The notes: generated from the sequence alone by a model not told the origin. Shown: positions 13,781-28,000, numbered from the stretch's first letter. The stretch is DNA of 64,000 nucleotides from Magallana gigas (GCF_963853765.1 NC_088855.1:29078001-29142000), one strand, 5' to 3'. Numbers and translations: made by a program.

Positions 13781-16700
13781 ACTAGCGGAAAAAAGAAACT
13801 GTGCATTATTTGATATATGAAAAAACATTTAAAAATTACAATGAACAAATTTTATTTTTTGTAATACTGTTAACACATGTATGCTTAACAACATCTCATA
13901 ACACATTAATGTCAACGTCGAATAACGTCAATTTCAGCACACTCGAAAGTCACTGTTATTTGAAATTGAATTAACAAAATTAATAACGCGTGTGACCATC
14001 ATTTGCGTTCACGCATGCTTGACAGCGACGCCTCATTGATGCCACTAAAGTGTTCAGAAATGCTTGAGGGATGTTGTTCCAGATGTTGGTTAAAGCCTGG
14101 CCTAAATCATCCAATGTCACTCGCTGATTTGGTAAATGGCGTAAACGTCTTTCCATTTCATCCCAGACGTGCTCGATCGGCGACAAATCGGGGGAAACAG
14201 CTTGCCAAGGCAATACATCGACATTCTGTTGAACAAACAAGTCCCTGACTACACGTGCCTTGCGTTGTCTTGCTGCAGAGTGATGTAATTTTGATGTCTC
14301 TGTATGAAGGGTATAACATGACGCTGAATAATTTCATCTCGATAGCGTACGCCGGTGAGATTTCCATTGACAATTTGTAGAGGGGTCCTTCCACGTGCTG
14401 ATATTCCACCCCAAGTAGTTGGTACTGCTGCAAAGTTTTAAAAAATACATTAAAATTATGATTTATTGATACTAATAGCTTGTCAACAGTAAAAGGAAAC
14501 TGTCAAGCATAATGAAGATATTTCTAGTATCAAATTACCTTAAGAAAAATATTTATTGATCAGACTCAAGTTAGGAATTCTGATGTTTTGCTCGCGCAGA
14601 TGTTTACGCACAGTTCTTTGACTAATTGGTCGAAGCCCTGGAATGCTACGGGCAGTCAAACTTGCTGTCTGGAAACGATTTCTCAGATGCACAAGTCTAA
14701 TGTGGTTGTCCTGTTGACATGATGTCACAGGAGGTCTCCCAGAGCGCAGTCGATCCTGAGTGTTGCCAGATTGTTGAAAACGTCTCCATAATGACTGGAT
14801 GGTGTTCTGATGAACTCCAAAGTGTCTTGCTACAGTATTTTGTGCCATTCCAGCTTGCAGCATCCCAACAGCACAATTACGTTGGTTTTCGTTGAGTCGT
14901 AGCATGACATAGGGGTAAATTTTGTTAAAACTAAAGTGATTTCCTTAACAAAAAAAGTTTAAAGAAATCCTTTACAGTTCTTATTCCAAACAGTATTGGC
15001 CCGTGAAACTTGTGCGTACAAATTCTTCAATAAAGAACAGGTGCTCACTAACCATGAAAAAGTCCGTGCACCCGGACGGTTACCATCCGATATTATCAAA
15101 CATAGGTAATCATAGATTACTAAGCTCACCGAGACGGAGCATCACCCTTATGAGACATCACCTACATAAGACCACCTTTATCATTTTATATGAAAATCAT
15201 ACTTTATGATCTTGAATATTCATGGATTCTGTTTTGACAAAATATCGTATATCATCTGATAAAATTTTTTACGATAATCATATGTTCATATGTTAATCAA
15301 TACAATGATATAAAATTAAATATTGCATCATGTCATATTTATAATATATATCATATAATACAATAAAATACCGTAATAAACAATAATGAGATATGATATT
15401 GTAACGTATAATATGACATTGTATTGTGTTATACCTTATTGTATTTGATCACATAATACAATATCATAAAATATTATACAATATAGTATTATATTACAAT
15501 ATCATATTACATAATACATCATAACATTGAAACAAGATTTTATATTGTATAATATAGTATGATATTGTATTGAATGACACTGAAACATATTTGATACATT
15601 ATATGATATTATATCATATAATACAATATAATTTGATTCCAAAATTGTATCTTATCAAATGATACAATATCATGTGATAAAGTAAAATATTATAAAATAC
15701 ATTATTATATTATACATATTGTATCATATGACACAATAATATATATTACAATATCATATAATACAATTTCATGTGATATGATAATATATCATAAAAACCA
15801 ATATCATATCATACATTATCGTATGATACAATATTATATTATATTACAATATCATATAATACAATTTCATGTGATATAATTCTATATTACTGAAACCAAT
15901 ATCATATTATACAATATTGTATGATACAATATTATAGAATATACAATATTGTATCATAGGATACAATATAATATTTTGCAATATCTTATGTAATTGTATC
16001 ATGTGATAAAATAATAAATTAAAAATACAATATAATATTATACAATATTGTATCATAATATACAATACTATACATAACAATATCATGATACAATATCATA
16101 AAATTAAAAAAAAATGATGCAATATCATATCGTATCGTATAACTTTTATAATATAACATATGATATCATTTTGTATCATATCAAACAATATTGTTTCATA
16201 TCATACAAAACTATATCATAGAAATCATGTTATATCATTTATCAACAAACACATCTATCTATCGAGCTGGTTTGAGTGAGGTAGGAGATTTCTTTAGCAT
16301 CCTTGATAATGGAGATCAGGCTCTGCATCTGAAGCAACCTCTGCATTTAATTTATGATAAAGTTAAATCAACTATGCAAGCTATCATCTATAAAACATGT
16401 GACCTGTTCCAAAAAACTAAACCTCATCCAGCATCCGAAACCTATGGCTCAGATTCAGCATTCAAGCCCATCAGGTGCATTGGTATCATAAGACGCATCA
16501 TCCATGCAAGTTTGGTGAAGTTTGGACCAGTAATAACTAAGATATCAACATCAGAGGGCACTAGCAATTTAAACCTTAACTTCCTCCAGCATCCGCAACC
16601 TATGGCTCAGATTCAGCATCCATGCCTGTCAGGTGCATCTGTATCATAAGACACACCATCCATTCAAGTTTGGTGAAGTTAGGACCTGTAATAACTAAGA

Positions 16701-17891
16701 TTTATTTTTTAGCATCCTTGATAATGGAGATCAAGCTCTGCATCTGAAGCTACCTCTGCAATTCATTCATATTACAGTTAAATCAACTATGCAAGTTTGA
16801 AATAGTACTATCATCTATTAAACATGTGACCTGTTCCTAAAAACTTAACTTTATCCAGCATCCGAAACCAGACTCAGCATTCAAGCCTGTCAGGTGCATC
16901 AGTATCATAAGACACACCATCCATGGAAGTCTGGTGAAGTAAGGACAAGTAATAACTAAGATATCATCATCAGAGGGCACCTGTTTCAAAAACTTTATTT
17001 AACCAGCTCTTAAAACCTTAACCTCCTCCAGCATCCGAAACCTATTGCTCAGATTCAGCATTCAAGCTTGTCAGGTGCATCAGTATCATAAGACGCACCA
17101 TCCATACAAGTTTGGTGAAGTTAGGACCAGTAGTAACTAAGATATAATCATCAGAGGGCACCTGCAACAAAAACTTTAACCAGCTCTAAAAACCTTAACC
17201 TCTTCCAGCATCCGAAACCTATTGCTCAGATTCAGCATTCAAGCTTGTCAGGTGCATCAGTATCATAAGACGCATCATCCATACAAGTTTGGTGAAGTTA
17301 GGACCAGTAGTAACTTAGATATGGCTATCAATGGGCACCCGCAACAAAAACTTTAACCTGCTCCAAAAACCTTAACCTCCTCCAGCATCCGAAACCTATA
17401 GCTTAGATTCAGCACTCAAGCCTGTCTGGTGCATCAGTATCATAAGGCACACCATCCATGCAAGTTTGGTGAAGTACGGACCAGCAGTAACTTAGATATT
17501 GCTATCAAAGGGCACCTGCAACAAAAACTTTAACCTGGTCCAACAACCTTAAACTCCTCCAGCATCTAAAATTTAGGACCCAGATTCAGCATCCAAGTCT
17601 TTCAATTCCATAAGTAGGTCCAGATGCATCATCCATGCAAGTTTGGTGAAGATAGGACAAGTAATAGCTTGGATACAGGACCTGCAACAAAAACTTTAAC
17701 CAGGTCCGGACGCCGACGCCGACGCCGACGCCACCGCCGACGCCGAGGGTATAGCATAAGCTCTCCTTGACTTCGTCTCGGTGAGCTAAAAACATTACCA
17801 TTATCGATTGTTTAAATTTTATAAATACAAACAATAGATATAGAAAAATTATACTAATTTTTATAATGCACAGTTTCTTTTTTCCGCTAGT
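13781..17891 (-). mobile_element. Defective Tc1/mariner DNA transposon with a nested Helentron-like insertion
   Basis: Perfect 29-bp TIRs ACTAGCGGAAAAAAGAAACTGTGCATTAT at 13781-13809 and 17863-17891. Transposase pieces on -: HTH/'SGRPPVT' (14905-14580), 'WGGIS...QQDNAR' (about 14415-14255) and 'SPDLSPIEHVWDEM' (13980-14240). Frameshifted, and the first catalytic Asp region is missing. Confidence 0.92.
15121..17792 (+). mobile_element. Non-autonomous Helentron/HINE-like element with a central about 175-bp satellite array and an AT-rich tract
   Basis: 14-bp inverted subterminal repeats AGCTCACCGAGACG (15123-15136) / CGTCTCGGTGAGCT (17774-17787). (GACGCC)n microsatellite at about 17709-17746. 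About 7 units beginning CCAGCATCCGAAACC (about 16430-17700). ATATC/ATACA low complexity at 15230-16250. Confidence 0.78.
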
Positions 17892-18167
17892 TTGAAAAGG
17901 ACTTCGTTTATAAATTGCATAAACTTGGAACCCATTACCAACCAATTGCAAATTCAATGCTTTTTGCCAATAATAAGCCAAGTAGTTCAAGGGAGGAAGA
18001 TAAAAAATAACATTTTAGGTAAGATTACAAAATAATGAAGGGCTTTTCTTACACATCAGTATCATCTTTCGATACAATTTCTGGATATTCAAAGGAAGTT
18101 TCAGGTTTTTTCTACAAGCTTTTTTCAAGAAACAAATCAATCAAGCCTGTGCACCCCTAGGGTATAC

Positions 18168-21100
18168 CTACCATTGTGAGAAGAGATCCCCGGCTGAGGG
18201 GAGAGGGGCCAGACCTTTCTCAACATCGGGCAATTTAGTGAGGTCTGGGAGATTCCGGATGTGGGACATCAACTCTTCTCTTACCACTCCCACTTTTTCC
18301 AGTCTTTGTTTTGACTCCTGGAAAAAAAGAATAAGATTAACAATGGTCTATAGAGGAGGCTGGATAGTCCACAAATTAACCATCACATTAACAAACAATG
18401 TTTACATTAACAATTATTTAGTACAGAAAAAACACTTACATTTTAGCTGTATATAAATATTTTTCTATAATAGCTTTACACACAGTTCTCCTTATAAAGG
18501 AGATAAATATAGTTGAAAATTGTGAAGAACATCCATTCCTCTTAAACTCATAAGGCCATGAAGTGCTATTAATTATGCAGTCTTGTGCTGCTAAGCATAT
18601 GAATGTCATGTATGACTCCTCCCCCCTCCCCTCTCCACCCCATCATGCATGAAAATTCCAGATTTACAAATATATGCAACTAGCTAATATACAGGTAATT
18701 TTTTAAGTCTCTGCTGTGCTTTATGGTCCACATACCTGAAGTTTTTCTTCCCCTTTCACCACCTGTTCCTTTTGGCACGTTAGGAAATCATACAATATCT
18801 TTCCGACTTGTTTCCGCTCCTCCAGCTCTGCGTTCAGGCGGAAATTGTACTCGGATAAAAGAATGCAAGCATCCTCGACTTGACGGAATAGTTTAATGGC
18901 TGTCTCTTTATCTGTTAAAAAAAAAAATCATATAAATTTACATGTATATGTAAAACTTTTCATGAAATAATCTTTCAAGCAAAGGTGTTTAAGAAAATGG
19001 GTCTGAAATTTTGAGTAGGTAAAAGTCTTTGAAATGATTTCAACTCAAAGAGCAAATAGCACAGTGAGATGTTGCATAGCTCAGGTGATATATGAAATTT
19101 AATTGGTCGAAGAAATATTGATATTTGTGCCCCTCTAAGCATCAATCAAGTACTTTTTCTTAGTCTTTGCTCTAAAGTAAACTTTTACCTTTACTGTCTA
19201 ATATGATTATACAAGTGAAAAGCTGTCAATGTGACAGCAAACTGGGTTTTTATCTATGTGAACTGTATCCATAATCCATGTCAACCCGTATCCAGTGAAA
19301 TGGAGTACCCTATATGCAATATTTTGCCAAAAAATTACTAAGTTCAAAAGCTGTGTTTTTTCATAAATTATCGGAAATCAAAATCCTAGCAATATGCACA
19401 CCTCTAATATAAGTACAATCGATTTGCAAAAGAGCAACCTCTTATCTTAAAAACTTTAGGAGGAGTTATCCGTACAATGAGGGTACCCTATATGCAATAT
19501 TTTGCCAAAAAATGACTAAGTTCAAAAGCTGGTATTTTTTTCATAAATTATCGGAAATCAAAATCCTAGCAATATGCATTCCTCTGATATATGTACAATT
19601 GATCTGCAAAAAAACAACTTCCTATCTTGACAACTGTAGGAGGAGTTATCCGTACAATGAGGGTACCCTTTTGGCAGCCGCCCACCGACCCGCCCGCCAT
19701 TTTCACCATTTTAATAACCGGATTTTTCCGTTGGAAAACCCAGTTAATAAACAGTGAACTCCTAAGTTACCTTGCATGGTTATTCCCTGTTAGAGTACAT
19801 GTATGTCAGAACTTATAAACTTTCCTACACTTTGTTAATATAAATGCTATATTTTAAAGTCTAGTCATTGCTAGTGCTATTTCTAGATTACAGATCATTG
19901 GATCTTAATCCAACAAATGTTTGATGCTTAAAATTATGTATACTGGGTATCATACATTTGCTTATATAAAATGATATAAACACGCTTAAATTTTTCTTCA
20001 AAAACTTTCATACCTGGCAATGATGTCAAACATTTATCTAGAGACATAGAAAGTTTTAGGGAGATGGTTGTCTAAGTTACAGAACTTGTGCCTAATTCCA
20101 ATTGTACATCAGTATAATTATATTATGTTCAAATGATTAATCATAGCTTTAACATATACATGTATTTAACATTAAATTAATATACAATATCAAATGGAGT
20201 TACTGACCGGTGATTTTGGATAGGTGGTTGATGTCAGAGACCTCTGGTGGTAGTGCGGCGATCTTCTCCCTGACTGCCGCATCGCTGGAAGCGGAGTGTT
20301 CCAGATCAGCCAATCGCTTCACAAGCTCCTCCGCCTGTCAAACATGACAAGACACTCCTTCATTATACATGTGTTTTACAACCATTTCAATTTAATATTT
20401 ACTTTTTTACTAATTAATGGCTTTCAATAAGCAACAAGGTAAATCATAATGTAAACATTCACACAGTGTTATACATGTGTAAAACAAATTATGCACATTC
20501 ATAAGAGGGAAAGAGTTGCTGGATTATTAGGAAAGCAGACATAAAAGCTTGCCTCTAATATTCATTTTAACACCATCACCAGCCCCGTAGAATGAAGTGG
20601 TGCAGTTTGATTACATGTAAAAATGGTGACTCTTGATCTTGACGAGAATTTAACATACATCAATTTTTGAGATCGGTTATTATGTTTAAGAGAAAGTTCG
20701 AGCCAAGTACTAATATCAGTAGAAAAATGACGGAAAAATTTAGTAGTACTATTTTTTCTAAAGAACTTACATAAAAATAAGGTTAACCAGTCCAAAATTA
20801 AAACATTCTTTGAGTGCTGTAATTTGCAATTTTTTTACTACGGGAGGCACTGTAGCTCCCAGGTCATCAATCTGATTTTTTTCAGACCAGGAGCTAAAGA
20901 AATGCAGCTTCCATTCTCTTACTGTTGTAATAATGATATAAGAATGGGTGCAAGTTTTATGAGAATTATCAGTTATAATCTCCAATTTAAATGTGTGCCA
21001 AAAATTGAAATTTTTTTTTTAGATTAAAAAAAGCCTATGCTACATACTTTCTCTACCACTGTATCAAATATCAAATCAAATAAACTATTTGTAATAACAG

Positions 21101-24100
21101 TCAGTAAAAATACACACATTTAAGGTTTTGACTTATTATGGATTTTTGAATCATATTTTGACAACTGTCAATTGAATGACTTGATACTGTAAACATATTG
21201 CATTTGGCAGTGTATTCTAATTAGCATTTTAAGTGGAATGCAGCTACCGCTAAATCAAGTACATCGCTAAATGCCATTCACACATGTAAAGGAGTAGGAA
21301 CATTCAGGAATACACTAAATCAAATCCACGCCAACATGTTAAAAACTACCTTCCCCCAAATATCGTACACGCAAAATATAATACGTTTACAGTACATATA
21401 TATTGTGAATTGACTTACGTCAGGCACAACTTGAGTTTCGTCTTTAGGCATCGCCTCTATTTCTTCTCGAAGAGATGGCATTTCATCCATCTTTTTTCTT
21501 TTTGTAGGAGGAGCAGACTTTTCTGCATTTTGCACTGAAATATATTATATTAAAAAATTATCCAGTTTTGCTCTTCACTAAAATTGATACAATGAGACAG
21601 GTGGTTGATTCAGAAAAGTAGCATCAGTTATGTATCCTAGCTAGGCAGTGGCCAAAAGCAAAAGCATTTAAGACCCTTTAGATATACAGAAAAAACAACT
21701 TTAATTCAAACAAAGGTAACTCAATGATTTTTTAAAACTGATAATTGCTCAAAAGTAAATATGTCAAAATTCACTTGTCCCAACATTTTTGTATAGAAAA
21801 AAAAAGTTAGAATAAAGTTTATAACTATAATAATCAAGACAGAAAAGAATTGAAAAAAAATCCCACAAAATAGCATGCTAGAGAAACTGCAACCCATCAA
21901 AAAAGAATTATAGCAACTACAGCATTCAAGTTGAGATCACTGTGTCAGAATTTTTCATTCCCTCATTTCATAGCTATTTGACATTATCATAAACTTTACT
22001 ACCGGCATATCATTTTTTTTTTAAAAAGTACGACTTAAAATTTTTGTATATTTTGAAGGCATTTCACCTCACATTTTAAAAGAATTAAAATTAAAGAAAA
22101 GAGAACTATTCTCTGTGCTGCAAAAGAAAATCAATCATAACGGGTCTACATAAGCTAGGACAAGCACTTCGTCTGCACCTTTAAACCCTTTTTTCTTGAG
22201 TGTCACTACATATTCCTCCACCTTTTTCTTGCGCTGGGATTTCAGGTCAGTTTCTGCGGGGACGGAAGTAGCTACAAAGACAAAACAAAGAGAGCCCACT
22301 GTACCAATAACAACAACAGCAGCAGCAGCAGCAAAATGTTGCACTGATCATCGCTGTGTTGCCATGGGGATTGACAGACAGCTCCAATTGGATGCTCATA
22401 CTGGTAAGACTGCTAAATATAAATTTCTAGCATGTATGGTAAAATGTATATAATTTCAGAAGCCAAATAATCCTGACTTTTGTTTTGTCATTGTGGTGGC
22501 TGTTACCAAAGGACAAACAAATATTAAATCTAAAACAATTTACAAAATAAATTTCGGGGGTCAAAACCAATATCCATAAAGAGAATTTCTCATGTTGGCA
22601 TACTACAAGAAGATTTTAAATAAATGTCTATGCCTTGAATTTTATATTTTTCTTTCTATATATATCAATAGACTGAATAGAGAAAACTATCTTCTAGCCA
22701 GGTAGCATGCAGAATTTGATGGGTAACATACATGCATGATTTAAGATTGACCCCCCAGCTTACTAGTCCATGCCTACACTTGAGTAGTGGCTAGAATATA
22801 AACCCATCCAAAATTTTTTTTTTACCATGTTCACCAAGTACACTTGAAAATAACTTAATTATCATGCACTTTTTCCCAAAATCTTAGAAGACAGGAAGGA
22901 AGAGTTTTGTAATGTACAAATAAAGTGTATGAGAAAAATCTTAATATTGTTTTTCAAAACCTATAATACCTCCAGGTTTACAAAGTCGGATTTGCTCGAT
23001 AAAATGCTTGCTGTAAACAGCTCTCTCCTCCCATATTCCTAAAATTCTATCGACTGACTTCTTCACTTTTTCTTCTGCATCCCTGGAAAATAAAAAACAC
23101 AAATAAAAAATAATCACATATCTAATGATTAAAGAAAATACAATACAGACTTAAAATTTAGTCTGCTTCACATATCATATTGTTCAACTATACTTATCAC
23201 CCCATATATGGCTTTTTATTTTTATTGAAAATATCCAAATGAAATCTTCCTCTAAACATTATTCCACTTTCATGAAAAATCGATATATTGAGTACAATTC
23301 TACTGACCTAACATCACAGTCAGTTTCCATGTCTTAAATTTTAAATTCACTTTTACCCTTTTTCAAAGCAATGCACTTACTTTGTGGCAAATTTATAAGC
23401 ATCAGGTAGAACAGTGGCAAAATCTTTAGTGAACTCGGGACCCTTCTTTTTGCTGTTCTGTATGACATCATTGGCCAGGTACATAAAGGTCAATCTATGA
23501 CTTGCACGTACTGTTAAAAACCAAAATATTAGGTTACAAAGTGTGTAGTCTCTCAAAAAAATTTTGTCTTTTTTTTTTTTGTAAAAGAAATATATATTTA
23601 TTTCAGGTAAAATGGTTAATAATTAACAATGTAAAATATCTATTTCAGATTCATAAACAATGTAAAATGTTTGTTTTATGATTTAAGATCCTAACATTCA
23701 GGACCAAGAAAATTTTAGAAGTACCGGTAAGAAAAAAAACACTTATAAGACTGTCATTTTAATACTGATCACTCAATTTATAACAAGTCTCAAGATGTGT
23801 AAATGAATATTCTTGCAACTGTACTTTCATAAGCTATCAATCTGTCTTGGCTTCATAGTGACACTAATTCAGGATACTATAGATATGTATTAGAGGCCAC
23901 AAATTAAATGTTTATCAATTATTTTATGTTACCAGTATTCCGGTTCAAAACATAAATTCTTTTAATTATTATCAGACCAGTCAAACATATGCAATGATTT
24001 AAATTGTTTAACATAATATGCATGCACAATGATATTTTGTACTCATGAATAGTTCTTTGATATATGCAATGACCTGGTAGTGCATAATTAAACAAAAGGT

Positions 24101-24644
24101 AAAGAAGTCCTAACTAAATACACAACTACTTATGTGGATCTTACATGTGTAATGCAATAATATCATCACACAATTCCTTCTTCATAAAACCATTTTTAAT
24201 TTCGCAGAACATTGTGGTGATGAAATCAAACGATGACTTTGAATACATAAAAGTTGGATTGGGAAAACCGTTCTGTACTAACTATAATTGCTATGATCAA
24301 CCCACTGCTGATAATTTATAAAACCAGAAAAAAAAATACTTAAACAATGAAAACTTATGACACCAGTTTCAGAATTTTAAGCTTGGAGTTTCCTTCCATG
24401 CAATAATGTTAAATCTAATCCACGCATGACAAAAAGTGTTCATTGCGGTATTCCATATGTTGTAAACAAAAATAAAACTATGACGATATTTACCTCTCTG
24501 CATTTCTCTCAGCCATACTTGAACAATTGTCTTAGAATGTTTCCGGTGATGAATCAGCCATAACGACAAAGTCTGGATGCTTTGCTGTGTATTATTTAAC
24601 TCCCCTAGCTTTTTGACAAAGTTGTTATCGGAAAAAGAGGACAT
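18168..24644 (-). CDS. RPRD1B: Regulation of nuclear pre-mRNA domain-containing protein 1B (CID domain plus coiled coil), about 320 aa
   Basis: Exons 24644-24494, 23510-23381, 23082-22970, 21534-21419, 20334-20208, 18911-18736 and 18317-18168. All GT-AG, 963 nt in frame. Motifs 'MSSFS...QQSIQTLSLWLIHHRKH', 'LTFMYLANDVIQNSKKKGPEF' and C-terminal 'LAPLPSAGDLFS'. This is the invertebrate co-ortholog of RPRD1A/1B. Confidence 0.95.
19262..19750 (+). mobile_element. Second HINE/Helentron-like element with two about 179-bp tandem units, in an RPRD1B intron
   Basis: GTACCC recurs at 19305, 19483 and 19663 with near-identical sequence between. Ends with a CCGCC-rich tract and a terminal hairpin 'taaccggatttttccgttggaaaacccagtta'. 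Confidence 0.7.
21185..21394. mobile_element. MITE (TACTGTAAAC TIR family), copy 1
   Basis: Ends tactgtaaac...gtttacagta. Aligns along its length to the reverse complement of 26740-26954. Confidence 0.8.
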
Positions 24645-25013
24645 TTTTCCTCTTTACACCTGCTCCAGGAGAATCAAAACAAAAGTTATCTTTCTTTCCG
24701 GAAGTACGATCGGCTCTTTCATTTTCAAAAAAGGGGTCAACGGAAAAATTGATTACTTTAAATCTGTAAAATACCTACTCTAGAATAAAATTAAAATTTG
24801 GAACACATTTATAGGTACACTAATATGATACATTATTTGTGGTGATATTGATAAAAGTTCCTCTTTTTCCTTTCCTTTGGATTAGATAGCCTGTTCTCCC
24901 TGATAAATTTTGGTTGCATCCTGTAAATAGAGAGGGCACTGTTATACCGGAAGTTGCATGTTTTGAGAAAAGCTGAGGCAGCTTTTGTCAGCTTTTGTAG
25001 AGGGAAACAGAAA
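24645..25013. promoter_or_regulatory. Bidirectional promoter/5'UTR interval between RPRD1B and POLR2C
   Basis: 369 bp between divergent ATGs (24644 -, 25014 +). ETS/GABP-type CCGGAAGT at 24698-24705 and 24947-24954. Confidence 0.7.
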
Positions 25014-28000
25014 ATGCCGTATGCGAATCAACCAACGGTACAAATTACACAGCTCTCGGAGGAAAACATAAAGTTCGTTCTTGAAGACACGGATTTAAGG
25101 TACTACATCAATCGCTTGAATTGTATAACATTTTAGTAATTTGAAATGTCATTCATTATAGTGAGTTATCCCCCTTTTGATTATGGGGTAATGTAAAAAG
25201 AATTCTTTTTTTTCTCAAGTGTCGCCAATGCAATAAGAAGAGTATGCATAGCAGAGGTACCTACAGTTGGTAAGTAAACGTATATGTGAAATATGTATAT
25301 ACTATGACATTAATTTTGTCTAAGATTCAAAACATGACAAATGTATCAAGGAATTGGTTTGCCCAGAGACATAAATAACGTGTTATTTATGTCTCTGGTT
25401 TGCCCCATACACACTTATATAGCTGGTAAACAATGGTCAATGTATTTGATAGTGTTTCACTTTCAATCAATATTGGTGTTCGGATGATATTGTCGCTGCC
25501 ATGAAAAGCGTTTATATTAAAGGGATGTAGACACGATTTTAGATGACATTTCATTTTGAAATTTTATCAACTTTTATGTATGAAATGGTTTATTTGCGCA
25601 TTTTGAATGACTGACCAAAATTTTAATTCAGGTTACAAGTGAGTTACAGAGTCTTAGGAAAGAAGGTCTGTTATGAAAATGAAGCCCGAGTCTTTTATTT
25701 GTTTAGTAATAATTTAAAGTTTTGAAAAAATAACTTGTATTAAACAAGATAAACTAATTCAATGTGTTCATAAATAATTTTTTCAACAACAAAAAGCAAC
25801 ATTACCTTGATTTACCAAAACAAAGGTATACAATAACAGGACTCAAGCTTTGTTTACAAAACAAAGATTAAAGAATTCCAACCTCTGTAACTTGCCTGTA
25901 AGTTGTTACTCGATATTTGACTTTTAATTTTGACAAAGCATATAAAATATCCATATTGACCATTCTATACATTAAAAATGTAAAAATAAATTTCGAAAAA
26001 ATTTGAGCTCAAATCATGTCAAAGTACCTTTAATGGTTACTGTTGCTTTTTTTTTCTTCAGCAATTGACTGGGTTCAGATCGAGTCAAATTCCACAGTTT
26101 TGTTTGATGAGTTCATTGCACACAGGATAGGCCTTATTCCACTGACCAGTGATGAAGTGGTGGACCGCATGCAATATTCCAGGGTATTTCAATTTGTGGT
26201 TCAAATATTTAGTAGTTGTAGCCAGCTATGAAAGAATCAGTTTGTAACTCTGAATTTTTGTCATTAGTCAATCATATCAAATGAATGAAAATTGCAATAT
26301 ACCGGTACATTTGCACATATTTTAATTAGGACGCTATTAAAATGTTCAATTTCGTTTACCGTTAAAAAAAACCAATAATTATACACTGTAAGAAGTAGCT
26401 ATGAATACCCCGGGTATATATGTTATAATACAGCTATTTCTGTTTTTAAAATTCTTCATCAGTGAATAAATTTTTGAAAAATGTGTGTCATTCACTCCAA
26501 TTACAGCTTTATAAAACCCAGTGAGTATTTTAAAAAGAAATGAATATTTTCACTAGGATTGTACTTGTGAGGAGTTTTGTCCAGAGTGCTCAGTTGAGTT
26601 TACAATGGACGTAAAGTGTACTGAGGATCAAACCAAACATGTGACCAGTGCTGACCTGATTTCATCCAATCCAAAAGTATTGCCAGTAAGTAACGTTTTA
26701 AATCTTTGTTTAGTGATTCAAAAGGAAGTCACTTTAATATACTGTAAACATATTATATTTGGCGCGTACGATATTTGGCGGAAATGAGTGTTTGAACAAG
26801 TTGGCGTTGATTTGAATTAGTGTATTCTTGAATGTGACTTTTCTTATACATATGTGCATGACATTCAGCGATATATTTGATTTAGCGGAAGTCGCATTTT
26901 GCCAAAAGCGCTAATTAAATAGAATACACAGTCAAATGTAGTATGTTTACAGTATAAATCTTTTGATCATTCATCATTGGACCTTTCGTTGACTTGGACC
27001 TATTCTCTGTTTCAAGCTGCTTTCTTTGACCAAAAATAAATATACGAGTAGTTATGATACTGTGGGTTTATCTTACTTTTTTAAAAATCATTGAATTAAT
27101 TTTGATTGTTAATGTTTTCAGTGCCTTACTGAAATATTTCTATAAATGGGTAACCAAAGGAAATTTAAATCTATCAAGTTACAAGCAAAATTCAGCAATT
27201 CTTTGTTTTATAAACAAGGCTAAAGCCATGGTTTTGTTTTCTTTTTATCATTGGAAAAGCAATCAAACTTTTAGTATTTTTGTTAAGATTTATTATCAAA
27301 AGTGATTTTTATGTAGATTTTAACAATACGAATTCAGTATAGCAAAATATTTCTTATTAGGACAGCCTCATGTCAAAACAATAGAAATGAAGATCAGCTG
27401 TTACAGTATTGAAAAGGACTATAATTACTCTTAAATCTTCAAATTTTAAAAGCATTCAATGTTGAATTAGAAAAAAATTGAAATAAAATATGCATAGAAT
27501 ATATTGAAAACAAAGAAACAAATAGGGATATCACACAACAATATAAAATCAAAACATTTTTAAAATTTGAATTACAGTGTTTAAGATAGCAACAAATACT
27601 GGATAAAATAAGAAGAATGATAAAAAGAAATAAATGTTTAAAACGGGGAAATAGAGGAATAAACAGTGTTCAAATTATAATGACTTAGTCCAATGACTCA
27701 ACCATCTATAGGTTAGTAGAGTTATGCTGAATGATGACATCCTCAATTTCCTGCAGACTTAAGCGATTAGCAGAATCACTGACAAGACAGCGGTTAACTA
27801 AATCTGTCAGTGACTGACTGGCAGAGGCTGGAATGGCTGGCAAATTTCCCTGCATGATGTCCATGAATACAGAAAACGGGTTCACTCCACTCCTGTCATA
27901 GAACGCTGGTTCCAGGGCAAGCATTTCATAAAGCAGACAGCCCAAGTTCCAGGAGTGGGCTTTGGAATCTGGATTCTGGCGGCCCAGGACTTCCGGTGCC

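Noticed and set aside
16191-17990. ORFs of 152 aa and 134 aa in the satellite region
   Set aside because: They are translations of satellite units and the (GACGCC)n microsatellite of the Helentron-like element.
22310-22335. (AAC)/(AGC)n run in an RPRD1B intron
   Set aside because: A short microsatellite lying upstream of the candidate acceptor at 22271, so not part of the proposed exon.
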